64,000 bases of DNA from Gracilinanus agilis (taxonomy: Eukaryota): the NCBI RefSeq assembly GCF_016433145.1, contig NC_058133.1, positions 439,149,854 to 439,213,853 on the forward strand, given 5' to 3'. The notes under the pieces are model-generated. The model did not search any database. It had not been told where the DNA came from and worked only from the letters and a program-made list of their open reading frames with translations. A program made the position numbers and the translations under genes. Numbering within the stretch: position 1 is the stretch's first letter; each line of letters opens with the position of its first letter. Shown piece after piece: positions 62,648 through 64,000 of this stretch.

Positions 62648-62860
62648 TTTTTTGTTTTTGTTTTTAAAAGCCTTTCACTTTTGTCTTAAAATCAATACTA
62701 AGTATTGCTTCCAAGGCATAAGAGCACTAAGGGCTAGGCGATGGAGGTTAAGTGACTTGCCCAGGGTCACACAGGGAGGAAGTATCTGGGGTCAAATTTG
62801 AACCCAGGACCTCCTGTCTCCAGGCCTCACTCTCAATCCACTGAGCCATCTAGCTGCTCC
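62648..62860 (-). mobile_element. SINE1_Mdo-like SINE
   Basis: T-rich tail, cactcttctgcc-like hairpin arm, head ctcaatccactgagccatctagctg. Confidence 0.82.
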
Positions 62861-64000
62861 CCAACTGAACATTTTCAGTTCATTCCTTCAGTCATTTGTT
62901 CAGTCATTCATTTCCCACCTCTGAGAAATAGGAAAAGAAGTAGATATACTTCTTACTCCAAATTCCACTTTCAGACCATCTCCCTGCCAGAATCAAAGGA
63001 ATTTTAATTAGGTGCAGAAAAACTCTATCATTTGGAACGTGAACAGGTCATTGGATGAAGTGAGGTAATGCAACACAGGAGATGTTTTAGGGTTGGCTGA
63101 GTAGGCTGGGGCTTACTAGTCATGTCACAACCAATTCAGAACCCAAGATTTCTTGTAGTTAATGAACCAATAGAGAACAGTTTCAGGAAAATCCCTGGGA
63201 GGAAATATTTTGGTAGGGAGAAGTAAAGAAAAGTCTCTGCTTCCCTCAAGGGGAAGACCTTGTTAACTTCAGAAGGTTGGAGGATTTGGTCTTCTCATAA
63301 AAGTCCCAGCAGTATGAACAGCTGATGGCAATGCCCCTATCGAGAGCCAAGTACAAACTAGAGCCAATGAGGAAATCAGCTTCAGGATTCCACAAAGAGC
63401 CCAGCAGATAGCTATACCATACATTCCAGCAAAAGGCCTTCTGGAAGAAATGAGTTTGTCTCTTTTCCACATGAAGTTTCTAGATTAGGACCATTTTCCC
63501 TTGTACTCTGTCCCGGTGGGAGAGTGTCACAGATTTTGGGAAGGAAGATGCAAGCTTTTCTCAATTATTTTTTACTATATCACCTTAGTAAGTACCTTCT
63601 AAAAGTGAGTTGTCTTGCTAGTTAATTGGTATAAATTGATAACCACTGAGCATAAATACACAGGTCAGGGCTTATGAGCTATATAACATTAGAAAATCGC
63701 TTCTCAATTGCTTGTCAGCTCCAGGAGGGGGGTGGGAAAGAAAATGAATCATGTAAACATGGAAAAATATTGAAAAAGAAAAGAAAAGAAATCACTTCCC
63801 ATCCTGCTTTATCATATTTCTAACCTTGAGGGCTTGAAATTCTAGAGACTGCTAAAGAGAGGGATTACCTGGGTTGAAATTGTTCTCTCTCTCCTGGTTG
63901 AAGCTGAGATCTTGCTGCCAATTAAAGAGTTTGTTAAAACTTTGTAAATTGATTAATCTTAGTGTATTTCCTGGTATGTTCAAATCTGTAGACCTTCTCT

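Noticed and set aside
5600-64000. FNBP1L first exon or CpG-island promoter expected downstream by human synteny
   Set aside because: No CpG island or recognisable FNBP1L coding sequence in the window; it presumably lies further 3'.

Overview
A 64 kb marsupial genomic window, most likely Monodelphis domestica or a close didelphid (inferred from SINE1_Mdo-, MAR1-, RTE- and opossum L1-type repeats). The only protein-coding feature I can support is the last coding exon of DR1 (NC2-beta, 3448-3597, + strand), followed by a ~2 kb 3'UTR with several AATAAA signals. The remaining ~58 kb is repeat-dense and apparently intergenic: about 20 SINE1_Mdo-like copies, MAR1, MIR, L2, L3/CR1, RTE, L1, several LTRs and hAT MITEs, plus two N gaps. 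In human, FNBP1L lies downstream of DR1; I see no exon of it here. None of the other listed ORFs looks like a real gene. The most unusual structures are all mobile-element related. (1) A 1,066 bp L1 made only of the 5'UTR plus the first 45-46 codons of ORF1, with no poly(A) but a perfect 18 bp flanking duplication. (2) A hAT MITE nested inside another hAT MITE, both with perfect 8 bp TSDs. (3) Two hAT MITEs inserted at about the same CTAG position of two different SINE1 copies. (4) A 181 bp locally templated copy of ancient repeat sequence. (5) Back-to-back dissimilar LTRs at a single L1 site. I found no convincing novel gene system. Repeat family names come from memory of consensus sequences, not from a database search.
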